Of a DNA stretch of 64,000 nucleotides, positions 1 through 14,800 are shown in pieces. A program made the translations under genes and the position numbers. Source of the stretch: Phallusia mammillata (taxonomy: Eukaryota); NCBI GenBank assembly GCA_965637545.1, contig OZ281496.1, positions 23,002,001-23,066,000 on the forward strand, in the 5' to 3' direction. The notes beneath the pieces were generated by a model. The model did not search any database and had not been told where the DNA came from. It saw only the letters and a list, made by a program, of their open reading frames with translations. The stretch's first letter is position 1; the number at the start of each line of letters is the position of its first letter.

Positions 1-282
1 CACCCACTTTAGTTTATTATGTAGCAAACTTTACCGTGTATTTCAGCACAAAAAAGTTTTCGTTTACGACCTACAAGTAGAACTCAACTAAACAACAAAA
101 TCAGTCCTTTAACACAGTAATCAACTCTAAAGAACTGATTTTGTAACTGAACATAGCTTTATCTCACACCATATTTTGCTAAATGATGCTGTAAAATTCT
201 GGCAATTTTAGTTTCTTGCACAAACTAGTACAAAATTAGCGAAAAGTGGTGCAGTCCAAATATCTGAAACAATATTACGTAC

Positions 283-1208
283 CTGAATTAAAGCACCAAT
301 CATAATATTCTGAAGCATAAGAAAAAATGAGTCACCCCATGTGCTGCAAAACAGAATTAGATAATATTAAACCATTTATCTAGGCTTTGTAGCTAGAAGA
401 AAATGTTCTGTTGTGTTAAGTAAGTACCTGAATGGAAAACCTTTAGCAATACTGTATGAAAACATTGAAGTAACAGCGTATAGTTCCAAAAGAAGTGAAG
501 TAAAGCTAAGACCTTTCGCACTTCCAGCAGATAAAATTTTTTGAATTTGTGGAACCTTGACTAAAAACATCCCAAAATTGACAGTTTACACACTAAAATA
601 CAAACAAAAAAGCAATAAAATCCTCTTGTATTTCAATTTAAAAATTATGCCTCTGACAAATGTATTTAGGGTTAAATATAAAATCAACAAAGTGCATAAG
701 CTTTTTTTTACTGCTACTTAATTTCTGTGCAACCAAGATATCATCTTGAGAATAGAAAGTTACTCTTAAACAGTGCCCTCTCTTCGCAATGGGATATATC
801 AATAACACTTACCCAAAACTGCTCCGGCCACAATCGAATAACCAAGGACTTTGCTAATAAGTGCTGAAAGGCAATCCCCTGAAAAACACAACCATGTTAA
901 GATGATATGTTAGTTGCTGTATGGTATACGATACTATACGTGCATTTGAGCTGCAACAGATAAAATAAGTCTAAAAACAATCACTTAAATGTTCAGAAAA
1001 AGTTCAGAAAATTTCTATATTGCAGCTACTCAATGCAACACTCACACAATGCAGTAAAGATTGCTCACCTACACAGTAACAAAAACATACAAAGCTCATG
1101 GGCAAACATTTTGGAAACCCACTAAGGAACTTATAATCTCATACCATGGAAGAAATTCAGCTTGTAAAAGAATTCCTCGTAGCATTCTTCTGACATAAGT
1201 GCATTCAT
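283..1208 (-). CDS. MPDU1: Mannose-P-dolichol utilization defect 1 protein (PQ-loop family), 5' part; the gene continues beyond the window start
   Basis: Four phase-consistent GT-AG exons: 1145-1208, 813-878, 428-560, 283-343 (324 nt, 108 codons). Translation MNALMSEECYEEFFYKLNFFHGDCLSALISKVLGYSIVAGAVLVKVPQIQKILSAGSAKGLSFTSLLLELYAVTSMFSYSIAKGFPFSTWGDSFFLMLQNIMIGALIQ has the PQ-loop (VKVPQI) and the FPFSxWG motif of MPDU1/Lec35. Confidence 0.93.
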
Positions 1209-4200
1209 GTTTTTCTTTTGCAATTTTCCTGTGGTTGCAAATTGGGTTGTTAATTTCGTAAAATGTTGGTATTTTGCGGCTAACAACAAATCACTACGTG
1301 GACAAAAACCACAGCTTGAACAGGTAAATCCAAAACTATTATAAAAACAAGCATAAAACATAAGTGAATTAAGTGATGCTGCTCACTCTCTGGTTGAGGT
1401 TGACCGGTCCGGTATGTGCTGGAGCAATCAAGCGAAAAAATCTGAACCTATATTTAACCATTAGGTACAATAACCCCATAATAAGTATCTTTAGATAAAA
1501 TTATTCAGTAATTCCTATTTTGAGAACTAAAATCGTCAATAGAACTAATATATACAAATTAATACATTAAATCTTACTTGCAAAAAAGTTTTAATATTAC
1601 TTTGCAAGCGTGTTTTTAAATTTTATGATTACATAGCTTAAAAGTTGTGTAACGTACCTTAAAAATTTTTGCGGTGTTCACAAAACTTTCACATTTTACG
1701 TGGAATTTATCTGTTGGCTGGATGCGCCATTCATCCATGCAATATTATGTTTGTTAAATATTTGCAATTCATCAAGGTTTTCCCACTGTTTTCCATAAAA
1801 AGGAACAGGATTATAGTATAGAAAAAGTGATTGCATCTGGCCGTGTTCTACAACCATCCCATATTTCGTGGTTATTGACCCAGAATGCATCACAATTTGG
1901 TAAGTGATAAACGGTTTCAGTTTTTGAAGTGCACACCATGCAGCGCTGATTAACCTTCACTTATTCCCAAAGTATTAATTTTATGCAGACTTTGGTTATT
2001 CCCACTGATCGCCCATGCAGGATTTATTTGACCAATTAAACTATATCGGCTCTGGTGTAAAATTTGGATTTAAAGGAATGCGTGTGCGCGTGTGACAAAC
2101 AAATGAGTGGAGACTACTAATCATTATTATTTGATTCAATTAAATGAACCATTCGTATTCACCACACCACGGCTGTCAGAAATTACCATTCAAGAATTAA
2201 AAAAAACTATTTTTCGATATATTCTTAACCATATATGAAGTCACTAATTATGCTGTTACGCTTAGTAGATCCCGTTTTCCTCCTTGCTTCCTAACAAACC
2301 AAACCTTAAAAAAGGTCTAGCACCGGGATGCGTACGCCTACATGACTTGCAATATAGCTTTTTTGAAGTAAAACAAGTTTTAGAAGCCAAATATGTCAAG
2401 AGGTTTATTTTATCTTGCAATGCACGGTCACAGTGTGTATATATCATTTCATACACGACATAGTGTTGTACACCTCTGAACTAAACAAACTAATTTTAGG
2501 TGGTTCTTGGCTAAAATAACTTTTGACGGTGCAGTGGTTGTGTATGATGATCAATGCAAAGATATGCAGACACAGGTCCTAGCAACCTGCAAAATCTGTG
2601 TTTAAAATTGCACGATGGAGGTAGAGAGTCATTCTAGGTTGGAGTGGCACGGTGATAAATTACACCACGTTACACCGTGCCACTTTGTTCCGAATTACGC
2701 CAACTCCATTTTACCGATTCAAAGTTTTAATAAGTTGATGTATGTACACTGCACTGGATAATCCTTTTTTAAAGATGGTCTTAGACATAATTTCGTTTTT
2801 ATATTCATGTGTTTTGCCATGCATTGTTGACAACTTGTTTGTTGTTGTGTGGAAAACGGAAAGCTTGTGTTCAAATTGTTGGTCACAAAGCAAGTGAGTT
2901 TAAGTCGCTAAAGTGTTGTTTGAGCGAACATTTTTTGTGGTCACGTGAAATCCCATCTACAATTTAAAGTGGCCCACCCAGACTCTCCGAACTAAAGTTG
3001 CTTCTAAATTAAACTGTAAGCACTGTCTGACGCATCTTTTTTCCTATTTAGGACTTTTTTACCTCTTGTCTTGAAATCAGTTTATTTTCAAGTACCAACC
3101 TAATTTATTGACGTTGCCCGTTGCCTTCCGACACTGTCGACTTTTACGAATAAGTTTAAGCGCTGGCGACAGCGCAACAACGCCAATTAGAGAATAAGTG
3201 CTTGACTGTTCGACTTGGTTCAAGTACAACTAGACTACAACAACCCAGTCAACGAGGAGGTTGGTTAAAAACTTGGCTTTGCGCGTGGACGAGTTGGCTT
3301 GGGTGAAGGCGGCGCCCACAGTTAATTGCTAATTATAAACCAGGCAACCGACCGTCCTTGACTTTGAATACCCACCAGGAGGTAGCCTGAAACCGCTACC
3401 AGCACAGATTCCTGTTAAGGAGCCTCTCAAGGGCGGGTGACTCAACACTTGGGTCAGTTTTTGGCCGTCGCTGATTGTATCAAGTGATCTGGTGTGTTTA
3501 TAATTGTATCTGTGCGAGCATGCTACAGGTGTAACGCAGCGATTGAACAAACTGTGTTGGGCTTGAGAGCGGTGCTTATCAACAATGACGTCATCGCTAT
3601 ATCGACTTACACGTTCCACCGGGTGGAATTGAAAGGATTGCGACCAAACTTCGAAACAGAGGATTCAGTTCGCTTGAGCTCGCTCGAATGTCTGTTGCCC
3701 TATTAAAATGATAGGGGGCTCTCTCTCGGTACACAGCAAATTCGCAGCCGGTCATTACATGGGGTGGCCATGCGGAAAAGGCCTAAACATATTAGTCACT
3801 TACATTCACGTGCCAAACCCAAATCGTTGTTCAAAGTCGAAATTCTTGTCTGTGTTTAGTAGAGCGTCGTTTTCATGGAAGAGTGCAGCAGGCTTCGATC
3901 AGCTACAATAAGCCGGGGTCTAAATTGTATTTGTCTTTCCCAACGAAACGCCATATCAGGTTTAGCAATCGTCCGAGAGAATAAGATACCCTGGTCAATA
4001 TTTGATCACCTTAATTCAATTCTGTAATGCACTATAAAGGCTTGGAAAGGCCGGACAAACAGTTTTAGTTCTTTTAGTAGTGTTTGTTTATATTCTGAAC
4101 GCAGTCTTGTCGCTAGATTTGTAAATTACCGTTGGGGAAACATCTTGTTTCACTACATCGCTACTACATGACAATGGGATCCTTGTTAGTTGCCCAAAAC

Positions 4201-5417
4201 AACAAGTGTTTGACTGGCTATAAAACGTACCGACTTTGGTTGCCTCTTCTAATGATCTAAACGGCGGTGTTAAACTGTCAAACACCAAATCAGCTTGTAA
4301 GTCAGCATAAATTTTATTTTACGACTGCTTGAAAAGAACATAAAAGAAGCGCCATCGAATAAACGAAAAACAAACTGCAAAGTAAACGACAAGATACATG
4401 CGGTGTGTTTGTACACCCATAATTGAGCCAGCGTGGAGGCAGACGTATTTGTGGAACAATATCATTGGCGGGCGCCAGCAGTCTGCCCTTCAATAAATAT
4501 TTGAGCACCTCTGCCTATAGTGCAAGTTCGACGAAAACGGTTTAATCTGTTCCGGTGTTTTTACTTAAAATTGAAGCGTTGAGGGCAAAATGGTGAGAGT
4601 GGTAGAAAACTGATTGGTTTTCTGGCGAAGTCTAATAAAACGTTCTATTGCACAGAGTCAAACTTCCAATATAGATGTTGAAAAAAATCAGACCGTGTTC
4701 ATTTTAATGTTAAATCTTTTCACTGTTGTGCCATTTCAATAAGAGTTAATCCGGTAAAAGCGTGATGATGTTCGATCGCGAAGCAAACTCGATAATAAAC
4801 GATTACTTCGACGTCTTTACAGTTTTTCGTCAAAGCAACGAACAAAAGCATGTGAAAGTAAAAAAGCAAAATAAATGGGAAACGCAACGTTTATAGACTT
4901 TGTTGAAAAAATCGCAAATTCAAAACGCTATCATATTTGAAACCAAGGTGGTTGCTGATATTGCTAAGTTTCAGTCAGATAAAATGTTACGGTGCGTTTT
5001 TAAACTGCACACCCCAATTTTTTCGCGTTGCTATTGTGTATGGTGGATTATGGGTAAATGCAAAAGCATTGGTTTTTCGAATGGTCGGCGCTTTTCTTGT
5101 AAAACATAAAGCCAAGTAAAAAGTAAGAAAATCAACCGTAAAATCCTGATTGGCGTAAAAATTGCGCAAAGCTAAATCGTATAGGCAGCCCGCAGACAAC
5201 ACTGCTAGATTTGCGATGGCAGGCCCCAACAACAGAAGCGTCTGTCCGCTTGCCTTTGGCAAATAAGCAGCGCGTAATTGTTAGCAGCAATTATCTTCTA
5301 AAGCACTGGGGCGATCCCCATTCCGACCTCCTGTCTTCGCCGTCGAAACGGCTCTTTCCAAACGACGCTGAGATATAGAAAATGTCCCGAATCACTCGGG
5401 AACATCCCGATAGGCGA

Positions 5418-5812
5418 TCACACCGCCACCACCGGTCCGCCGTTATCCAAAAACGACTCGTTATACGAGGGTGGTGGACGCAGGTCGCTGTGGGAATTGA
5501 GAGTGGCTGTCCTGTGTCGGTCTGAGTCGGAATGCAGGCGTCCGTGCGCGTGGTGATGATGGTGTGACGAGGAGGCTATCGGCAGGAGGGTCACTTGTTG
5601 CAGGGGAGTAGAACCACGTGTCGGAGTTATCGGTGGCGACTGGTACTTCTTCATGTGTCGTCGCCGCCGGTATACTTTGTACCCCAAAAAAGCAATCAGT
5701 ACGACGAAGAGGACCGCGCAAGCGCCTAGCACAATACCGATGACAAGGCCGTTGCTGGCAACCGGTTCGTCAGATCCAGAGTTGGTTGGAACGACAACCT
5801 CAATTGTTGTAC
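5418..5812 (-). CDS. EFNB: Ephrin-B coding exon 5 (TM helix and cytoplasmic tail)
   Basis: Acceptor tttccag at 5813-5819; TM helix followed by RRRRH; tail with a His run, PPPSYNE and C-terminal VVAV; stop at 5418-5420. Confidence 0.9.
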
Positions 5813-8800
5813 CTGGAAATATAAAATTGGGAACATTAGTATCATGTTTCGAAAACCGCTCCGCACAATATGATACATATAAACTTAGATAAGTGCACAC
5901 AAGTTTCAAATACGTGCCGCCAAATCACAAAAAGTAGGTGAACCAGACTTTCAAAGCAAAACCGGTGGTCCGCATTGTAAATAAGCAACGTGCAGCGGTT
6001 AGCGTTTTAAAAACAACGGTTTATAGGCCGAGGTATTTCGCCACTTTCTCCCCGTAAGAAAACCCTTTTAGGTGGCCTCGAGATCTTTATCACACGTGTG
6101 CATGTAACCAGTGACGCACGTACGGAGATAAAAACTTCAGTAACCGTTTGGTGTGAAATTCCCAGTAACAATGCGAAACCAATGTTGCAAGAAATCACAA
6201 TTCTCAATCAACATGTTGTAGTCGTATATAAAGCTACTGTGTTCGTTTGATATTACAGCAAACAGCGGTGGGCGAAATCTTGGGATTACCGGCGCGAGAT
6301 ACAAAACCAGGCTTGTGGGTTGATCGCCATTTTACTGGGCGACAGTAGTTGGCAAACTAAACAAGACAGGGAATTCCGCGACAATGCCACGCGTTTTGAA
6401 TTACCAGGCCCAAAAGAGTAGACACAAGCTGAACCCTCGGTTGTCGGGACAGAGGCTTGCCCTGGACAAACATTAAGCACAGGGAACAGGAAAACTCTGG
6501 CGTGAAATTAGGGGTAACGCAACCCGTATTGGGGCCACGTTTGCGCATGTTTTGGACACTTCATGAAATAAACGGCCCTTATTGTTGTGACAACCCAACA
6601 CCAAAGTCAGCGTAGCAGTAAACCGCATTTCAGTCGCGTGATTGCCTCGTTCTCAACAACGACGGTGGTCGAACCACTTTGATATTTTTTGCTTAGCTCT
6701 CAGCACATAGTTGGTCGGACTTAGCAGTCACCGCTGTGTTCATACATGGTAATAGTCCATTAACACTGCCGGTGGTGGGATTAAGGATTGAAACATCACT
6801 GTATTTGTTTCGACGCTGTGACGGCGGTCGCCGAACGAGATAAAGCAGCTGCACTTGTTTATGTTGAACACAAGTGACTCAAATTTAAATTAAACTTACT
6901 TTTCTCATGCTTTTGCTCTTCGACGTTTACTACTTCGTGTGTGGGGGGTCGTACCACGGTGACGTCAGAGGTTGGTGGGTCCACAACTGCAGGGGCAGGC
7001 CTAGGCACGTACTGGTCATCTGTAATAGATAAAAAAGTGTTGGAAAGCACAGTTCGGTGACATAAATCAAGGGGAAAAGACAGGCTAAATCCTGCATTTT
7101 AACATAACTATTGTGATTGGCGCGTTATTCCAATGCTGTAAATGATTTGTGAGTCACCGAAAGGTGAAACAGGGCCCATAATTATTTGCCACTTCCCCGC
7201 CTCGTAAAACTACAAGGAGAATTGCTTTCGGTCAAAAATGTTAGACAAAACAGACCCATGAACATGTTCTAAAATATGCTATGTGTTTTAATACTAAGTT
7301 AGCGCATATGAAATGTGCACCAAGCATTTGTTTTGAAGTGGACATATTTGCTAACGCCCATAAGGCACGTCGAATATAAATATACGCTCTGGGCTGCGCT
7401 AAAACATTTATCCATGAACTGGCGCATAATCAAGACGGGGCATCAATCAGGATTTCCAATCATTAGTAATTGCGAAAGGCGGCATACGTTCGCAGGTTCA
7501 TCAGCTAAAAGAATGTACTTGGATTGAAAGATGCGCGAAAGAGACACATGAGTGGGGGATTAGTACAGGTCCAAGCGCTGTTTACAATTCAAAGGCTTTA
7601 ATATCGAACGACCGTTTCGCGATTTTTCCTTCCGCGCACCTGAGCAAGTGGTCAAGACATTCGTCACTGTTTGTTGATGTCAATAAACTCGGGTAAAGTT
7701 GAGCTGGCCCGGGACGGCGGCGTGAACTGGAAATGACAGGTTTTGGGCGGTCAATGCGCTTTAATCAAGTGAATGACTTCTGTCAAGTTGTCTTGTATGC
7801 CACTTAACTGTTAAGTTTAATGCGACCTGCACTAAATCGTATGGTAAACAAGTTGTATTGAGCGATTTTTCCATGTTTTGGCGGTCTTTAGTAACTAAAA
7901 TTTAGGGTGTTGCTATCAACTCTTAAACAATCCCCACACAACATGTACTCTGTCATCAGCACTGTATGTTATTCCAATCTACATTTGTGATTAAGTTTCG
8001 GCTGTTATGGGAATAAATGCCACACAACGAGTCGCGGTTGGAAATTTGAACCTAAATTTATGGAAAACACGGTGACCACTTTTCAACCTTGCAACAGTGA
8101 TTAGCTTGAGGACTAAACCAGCCAGGCCCAATGACCACCCATGAGTAAACGCAATGGTCTGCATGCCTTGTACGATTATCTCAACTGTGGCGTAGGCAGG
8201 CTAGCAAGTGTAACGCCTTGGCCAAATAAACAGAAAGAGAATTTATTCAAACCAATCATTGATAGGATGCAGACTGGTTTTCTAGAAAAACCTTCTGTTT
8301 CCGGGAAAATGCGGTTTGAATTGTGAACAGGCACTGCCTGTGTTTAAGCTCAGTGGGCAGCGTACAATTGGCTACAAAGAAGACTAAACTTGATTGATTA
8401 TGATCCTTTCTCGGCACCGTCGTGCCTTAAATAGGATTAACTCATGTAACAGGTGCATCCATGCATAAGACACCAATTCGTTCGTTTCTGAGAAAACCTA
8501 AGTTGCCACCACCGTGAACGAATACGCATTTGACTTTAATGAAATGTGGATAGTTAGTTAACAAAAACTTGTGTGAATGTTTGAAAAATAAAAAAACGCT
8601 ATATGCTGTGGTGGAAAGCGTTGGTCGCTTTTGGGGATATTTCTCGTCAAAGAAAACGAACAAGTACATCTTTAGGCCCAGGAACTCCGGCAATTAGGAA
8701 CAGTCATCAGTGGATTAATTATTTATGTCATAATCACATTAAATGACTGGTTACTTGTTTCAAGACGCCCTTGGCATTCAGCAGCTGGAAAAGGGTTAAA

Positions 8801-11800
8801 TTCTTGAGACAAACATAGGTCAGAACAAATCCTTTAGTTCTATCTATCAATAAGGTGTCATGATTCACTGTATAACTTTTGTGACTCATAGGTGACGAGT
8901 TTCATCGGTAAACGAGCAAAAACATAACCCCCGGTTATCGCAAGCTTTATCGTTTAATCACAACAATACTGATCCCAATTACAGCCTAAATTGGTCGCCT
9001 TCAGTTTGCCTCGTGTGGGATTCGAATTTAAATGGATGATGAATGGCAACTAAATCTTTCGACAGGACAATCAGATTAACGTTCGTCTGTGTGCATAACC
9101 TCATTGAAAATATTTATAGATCATTTCCTGTTCGAAGGTGAACTGCAATCCGTGCGTAGCACCGGATTAAAATTTACACATCGTTTGCGTCTCGTTCGAT
9201 AATCGACAATAGCATTTCGCAGCCACAAATCTCATCTTTTTTCATCAAAGCACAACGCGCCCAAGGTCGGTGTCGAGAATCGCGATCTCGTATTGTTTTG
9301 TCATAAACACGTCTAGAGGCTTATCAAACGCGCGGGCCGCGTATCTTTCCAGGAAACTTAGGTGTTTTTATTGACGAATGCATCTGCCAGCATGGAAGGC
9401 TGTGCGCCAACGACTGTTGACTATAACTTCTGCTACTGTTTGGCAAAAATAACGATTTAAGTCAGAACGTGATAGAAAAGCATTAGACACATCAGCTTAA
9501 AGCGTTGGAAGTCATAAAAAATCTATTGCCTTACGACATCAAGTCGTTTAAGTAGGATTCAATATCAATCAACGCCTTGGTAACAACGCTAAAATGGAAG
9601 TGGTCATAGGAAATCTCCCAGATCGTGCGACTATGTAGCGTTTCACAAAAGTGGCCGTCCAAAAAAATCTGCTTGGGGTTGGCCACAATCACTGGCGTCG
9701 GATGGGGCAAAACTGGGTGGGGGTGGGTGCAAAACGTGCCTTCAAATACTGATTACATGTGCGATAAGTGGGGCCCGACGAGGGACGCAAGAAATTAATG
9801 AGCCGTAACGTTAACTGCTGCTCGAACTGCCGGCAAACTGAATAGCTTGTTTTTTCAGGCCTGGAATATCCCACGAAAACCGCCATGCAACACCCTGAGA
9901 GTATTATTTATATCGTCGAACGCGACAGGCTTTCAATTTGCGGACAGTAAAAAGTAGCTGTGGGGATGCAATTTGTCGTTTACTGACTCTTACAGTGTTA
10001 TAATTGTAACATTCCGCCTTAAACCTGTCCGTCAAAGTAAATCCGCAGCGCTCCTCAAAGACCTGGTTTGTGAGTTCAACGCATTCCTACTACGATCATT
10101 TGCGCAGCGGCAAGACAAAACGACCAATGAGGACGGTCATTAGTTAGGTGCACACGTTTAACTCAGGACCAACGGCTGTTTACACCCCTTCAATACAAGC
10201 AAAGGGCAGCTTGCGCGGTTTTTGCAAGCCTAATGACCCAGGAAAGCAGATTCGTCAGAGAGATTTTTGGCGGTTTCGCGTTTCAGACGTCGGTGAGAGA
10301 TTCTTAAGCGATTGTTTTTATTGCGCTCTACGCGGCTGCCCCTACCAAATCACCTTTATTTTTTACTAACATTTTGCAAGTTTTCGAGTAGGCACATTCT
10401 GCTGCCGTGCAGGTGGGAGATAGCTTGATAGATGCTATCCAATTCGATTCGCCAACATGCACATTTTTTCCGCATATTATCGCAAGTGATTTAAGTTGCG
10501 TGACGATAGTGCACGGTGATAACTGGTAAAGGTACATCATCCTTACACAAGAGGCGCGAACACCCCGAAAGCGCCGTAGCTCACTGGCGGGATTATTTCA
10601 GGCACTCCGTTCGCAAATTAGATTCATCCTTCGCCGAGGTTTCGTCCGGTTATTAAAATTAATCGAGTTTTGCCCCTGTCTATGTGGTTTCGCACCTCAA
10701 AACTGCAATCTGTTATTCCGCAGCCTGTCAGGACTTCAGGTTTGTAAAACACCTTTGTCAGAGATTTAATCCAATTCCGACAAGCGATAAAGTCACTTTG
10801 CGCTTCTCCGCCATTAACAAACACACCATGCTATAATGCCGGGATCTTTAATTATGTATGCTGGCTGTAGGAATTGAACCCGCGCAAAGGTTTAAGTGAG
10901 CAACGCTGCTGTAGGCGACGGACTTGACGCCTTGAATCGATTTATTCGAATCGGTTACAGAAACATTCGAGAACTTACCCCCTAAAATGTCTCGAATTCG
11001 ATGCGTGTAATTCACGAAATGGCTGAAACGCTGCTTGACGGGCACGTCGATTTCAGGCCACATTCATCACGAAAATTATCGCGATCGCCTCGCGTTAGGG
11101 TGATGGAAGTGTCGAAAATACATCGCTTGCCAAGTGTTCCCCTTAAACGCAATTCGCTACGCGCGTCAAGGTTGCTACGTCTAAACATCGTGGCTAAATG
11201 TCACAAGTATATAGAATAGCCTGTGGTGTTGTGTCGATGCAACCGCAAGGGTTTTTTAGCTGGCTAAAAGATGTGGATTATACGACATTTTCGTGACACC
11301 CAATCCTTCGCAGACGACCTGAGTTAGATAAGCATGAAAGTCAAGCACGACCTCGTGACAATTCTCAGCCAATAGGAAACCAACGTTGTGGAATCCATTT
11401 TGAGTTGGACAATATTTGTGTCAAATACCACGATCTATTTTTGATCGATTTCCCGATCGGGTCTCACCCTTAAAACCTCATTTTATGTGTGAGCAGAGTT
11501 GCAAAGGCGTACACTTTTTATTGATAACCGCATCACATGGGTCTTTGCCGCAACGGGAAGCTGGGGATTTAACAGGGCCTAAGCACAGGCATGATGCTCT
11601 ATCCTTCAAAGTGGCACCTACATGATATAAAGCGCAGCATACGGCAACCAGGTTACGCACAAGTCGTACCGAAAATGTAAAGTAATTTGAGGTAATTAGA
11701 TGAGCGAGTAGAGCGCAATGGGTCTGAAACCTGCTCTGCGGTCCCCGTTGGCTTAGCGCAGACTTGGAATTACACAAATCAACGTCTTGTCCGCTAGACA

Positions 11801-14800
11801 AAACAACAGTGCGCCGTTCGGGGTAAAACGATCCATTCGGAACGGAAATTAGTGAACCTACCCGCCACCAAGAAGTTGAACCGGCAGCTGAGAGCCTAAA
11901 TCCGCGCCTTTGGGTGACAAGAAAACGGCAAAACCAAGTACCCTTTGCGATCTATGCCTGCCTTGCGAGCCAAGACCGCAAGGAAAGACGACGAAGTGCG
12001 TAAATTGCCCAGGTGAATCGTATCAAAAGTCGATATGTGAGGCGCCAATAGGAGCATTGAAACCCCCACTGCAATGCATTGAATTGCAATCTTGCTTGCA
12101 CGTGAAAGTTCGGTTTAAGTCTGCTACCGGTCCGTTTTCACTTCATCACAATTACTGGAATCTTTGCACTTGACTTTGAGGCTCCACGTAAGACTCCCAG
12201 CAAAACCGCGAAATCGCGCCGTTTTCTTGTGTATTCATGCGATCCGCCTCGCGCATTAACGATCATTGCCCCAAAAAGATTCCAAGGTCGAGCGTTGTTA
12301 AACTCTAGGCTCTCCGCTTTCGTACTGACTACAATGCATCCTTTCAGTGTGGCGATGAGATTAAATTTCGGCACGGCGCCCGTTTGATGGCGCGTTTGCA
12401 CATGGACCCATGTTTAAATTTACATTGCTGGCGTCATGACAGGTATGTAGGCCACGGTCCTTTGTTCAGTTTCATGAAAAGCCTTAAACAGTCAAGGCAA
12501 ATGTCACAAACCGGTTTACAGCACTGTGAAACTGAAGGTTTTGTGTGCCTTATGTTTTACAATTTCAAGGGTAAAATGCAAAGGTTCTGATATCCACGAA
12601 AACAAGGCGGTTTAGAATATTTCTTAGCTCCTGATTTTGCGTTCTAAAACTTCCTTTTTTGCAAGTATTATCTATGGAAGGCAAACCCGACCCTTGCTGG
12701 CGATAAGTCACGTGCAGGAATCCCGATCGTTGCTAAGCATCATTGCCATCAGGTGGTCACGTGACACAATCGAGCGTTGGGCACGTAATCAAACATCGGG
12801 CTCCCACAGTTGCTGGCTTAAATTATCTCAACTGAAATCCCATGCGCCTGGGGTCCGCTCAGGTGTAGATTTCAGCAAATATTTTATCTGATTTACTTCG
12901 TCTGTGCCATTGCCTGGCCGCCACAAAAACCAACAGCGCAGAACAAAGAACTGAGCATTTTGACCGCGAGCAATATTCTCGACGACGAATTGCGAACAAG
13001 TGATTGACGACATAATTGCACGTTGTTCCATACACACAAGGCAATGCAAGAGAGACCGGCGATTATTCTAGACGTAATAGCTTGCTCGGCGCGATTCGAA
13101 CCCTCCATTAAAATGCCTTCATATAGGACAAGGGAAACACGATACGTGCTCTTGGCGCCCAAAGGTTTATGAATATCACCAACAGAAATCCCTATTTCGA
13201 AGTCAAGTTGCCGGATTCGCTAGGGTTATACGGCATGTACAGCGCTCAGTTAAAAAAGGTCAACAAAAATGGTCCCCGTGTGTCATCGCCCGGCCTAATG
13301 CAGCCCCGATTCCTGTCAACGCTTCTTGCTGAGATGTTTTCTTTTCACGTGAAACTTTGGGTCCGACCGCAAACGCGCACGCTAGCCCCCTTTTACTTGG
13401 GTCTGTCGCTCAAAAAAATGGCTAAATTGCGCGAAAAGTGGATCCCTAGACAAGACAAAGCCTTCATTGTTACCTGTGCTGTTATCAATACTAGGTTGTT
13501 TACAGAGCGGCGATTATCTTTTTATGTGACTCACTTCAAACGGAAGCGAAAACGAGTCTAACGAAGGTGAACTTGCGGGTTAAACAGCAATAAAACTTGA
13601 TATCAGGTTCAGATCTAAGCCACAAAAAGTTGATTTTGAAATCAATGTTTTTGTTGATTTCTGCCCCCATTGCATAATAGGATTAAAGGCTCCCTCAAAG
13701 GCATTACACATAAATGTGAACATTTGACTGTATAGTTAAACATGTAAAAGCACAAATAACTTAAACACGGACAAAAGTGCACTCCTTTGGACGCAAAAAT
13801 CCAAGTAAAGCGTTAAGCGTATTGTTTTCACAATAACCAGCATTAAAAACTGCCAGTATCCCACGAACCATTCGTCGTCCAGCATTGTGACCCCCGGATT
13901 GCTTGCAAAAACCTCAGTGTAAACGAATCCTCGGCACTTAGGCGGGCCGACGAATTTCCCACGTCCGACGCCGGGCGTTTAGCATCTAATTTTACAAAAG
14001 GTGAGGACGAAAGACCCATCTGGCCACCCGAGTCCCCAAACACCCCGGGGTCATGGGTCCAACTGACCAAAAGTAACCCAAGCGGGCAATTAGTGCGTAG
14101 AATTATGCTGGAATACAGCATGATGCCATATACTGAATGGTACTTATTCCTTAGTTGGGAATATAGGTTATGTGGTTTACAAACTGTTTTACAATTTATA
14201 TTTTATTGTGCAGTACTGTATACTTATTCATAGACACATGTCCTAACAATGGGGCGTTGATTATTAAGTTTAGTTGTCAATAGCAAATGCGAAGATTAAT
14301 CTTGCATTATATTTATACTCATTCATAATTTTTGCAATGGGACTTTACTACATCGAACCTACATTTAAAGTTTTTCTGCCCTGACAATTACCAGCAATCA
14401 TTAGACGTCACTCTAGCGGCGGCTCACACGAGTTGTTTACAGACAAACCTTCTAAATCCCGTTTAGCCAGGAGCTTCGGCGAAGTTCGCGCTCAAACCAA
14501 GAACAACAAACGGTGCTGGTCGCCGATTTCTTGCGACACAAATAGAACTTGTTTAGAATGAAAACATAACCATGGTTCGACATTCTTTAACGTCTAAGCG
14601 CCGGTCAAAAGTCGAATTACGGCGGCTCCAACAAATTTGAAGGACTTACAGCACTGAGGGCTGACCACTGTTTATCGTTAAACCCGACAATAGAATTTTT
14701 AGTTCCGAGACCATTTTTAGCAGCGCTGTGGTCAAATTAAAACCTCCCCTTTCATAGTCTGTTCATCAGTGTGGAACTGGTTTTGGCGCCAACCATGTAT

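Noticed and set aside
1696-2456. ORFs 1696-1893 and 2262-2456 (minus) and a plus-strand gtaagt donor at 1900
   Set aside because: No recognisable homology, and no consistent exon chain could be built on either strand.
2643-2684. 12-bp GC-rich inverted repeat AGTGGCACGGTG/CACCGTGCCACT; also an 11-bp inverted repeat at 95-144 and a 14-bp palindrome at 53358-53371
   Set aside because: Short enough to be near chance expectation in 64 kb; no TSD or other support.
10850-10900. B-box/T-loop-like GGTTCAATTCC on the minus strand (similar fragments near 9017-9027 and 13093-13106)
   Set aside because: No matching acceptor stem, D-arm or anticodon arm, so not a tRNA; at most decayed SINE fragments.
13990-14015. 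GTGAGGACGAAA, resembling the hammerhead ribozyme stem II/GAAA
   Set aside because: No CTGANGA core upstream and no stem I/III pairing.
13847-14233. 128-codon open plus frame (no early start codon) overlapping a 92-aa minus ORF in ephrin-B intron 3
   Set aside because: GC-rich segment where a few such frames are expected by chance in 64 kb; no recognisable domain and no partner exons found.
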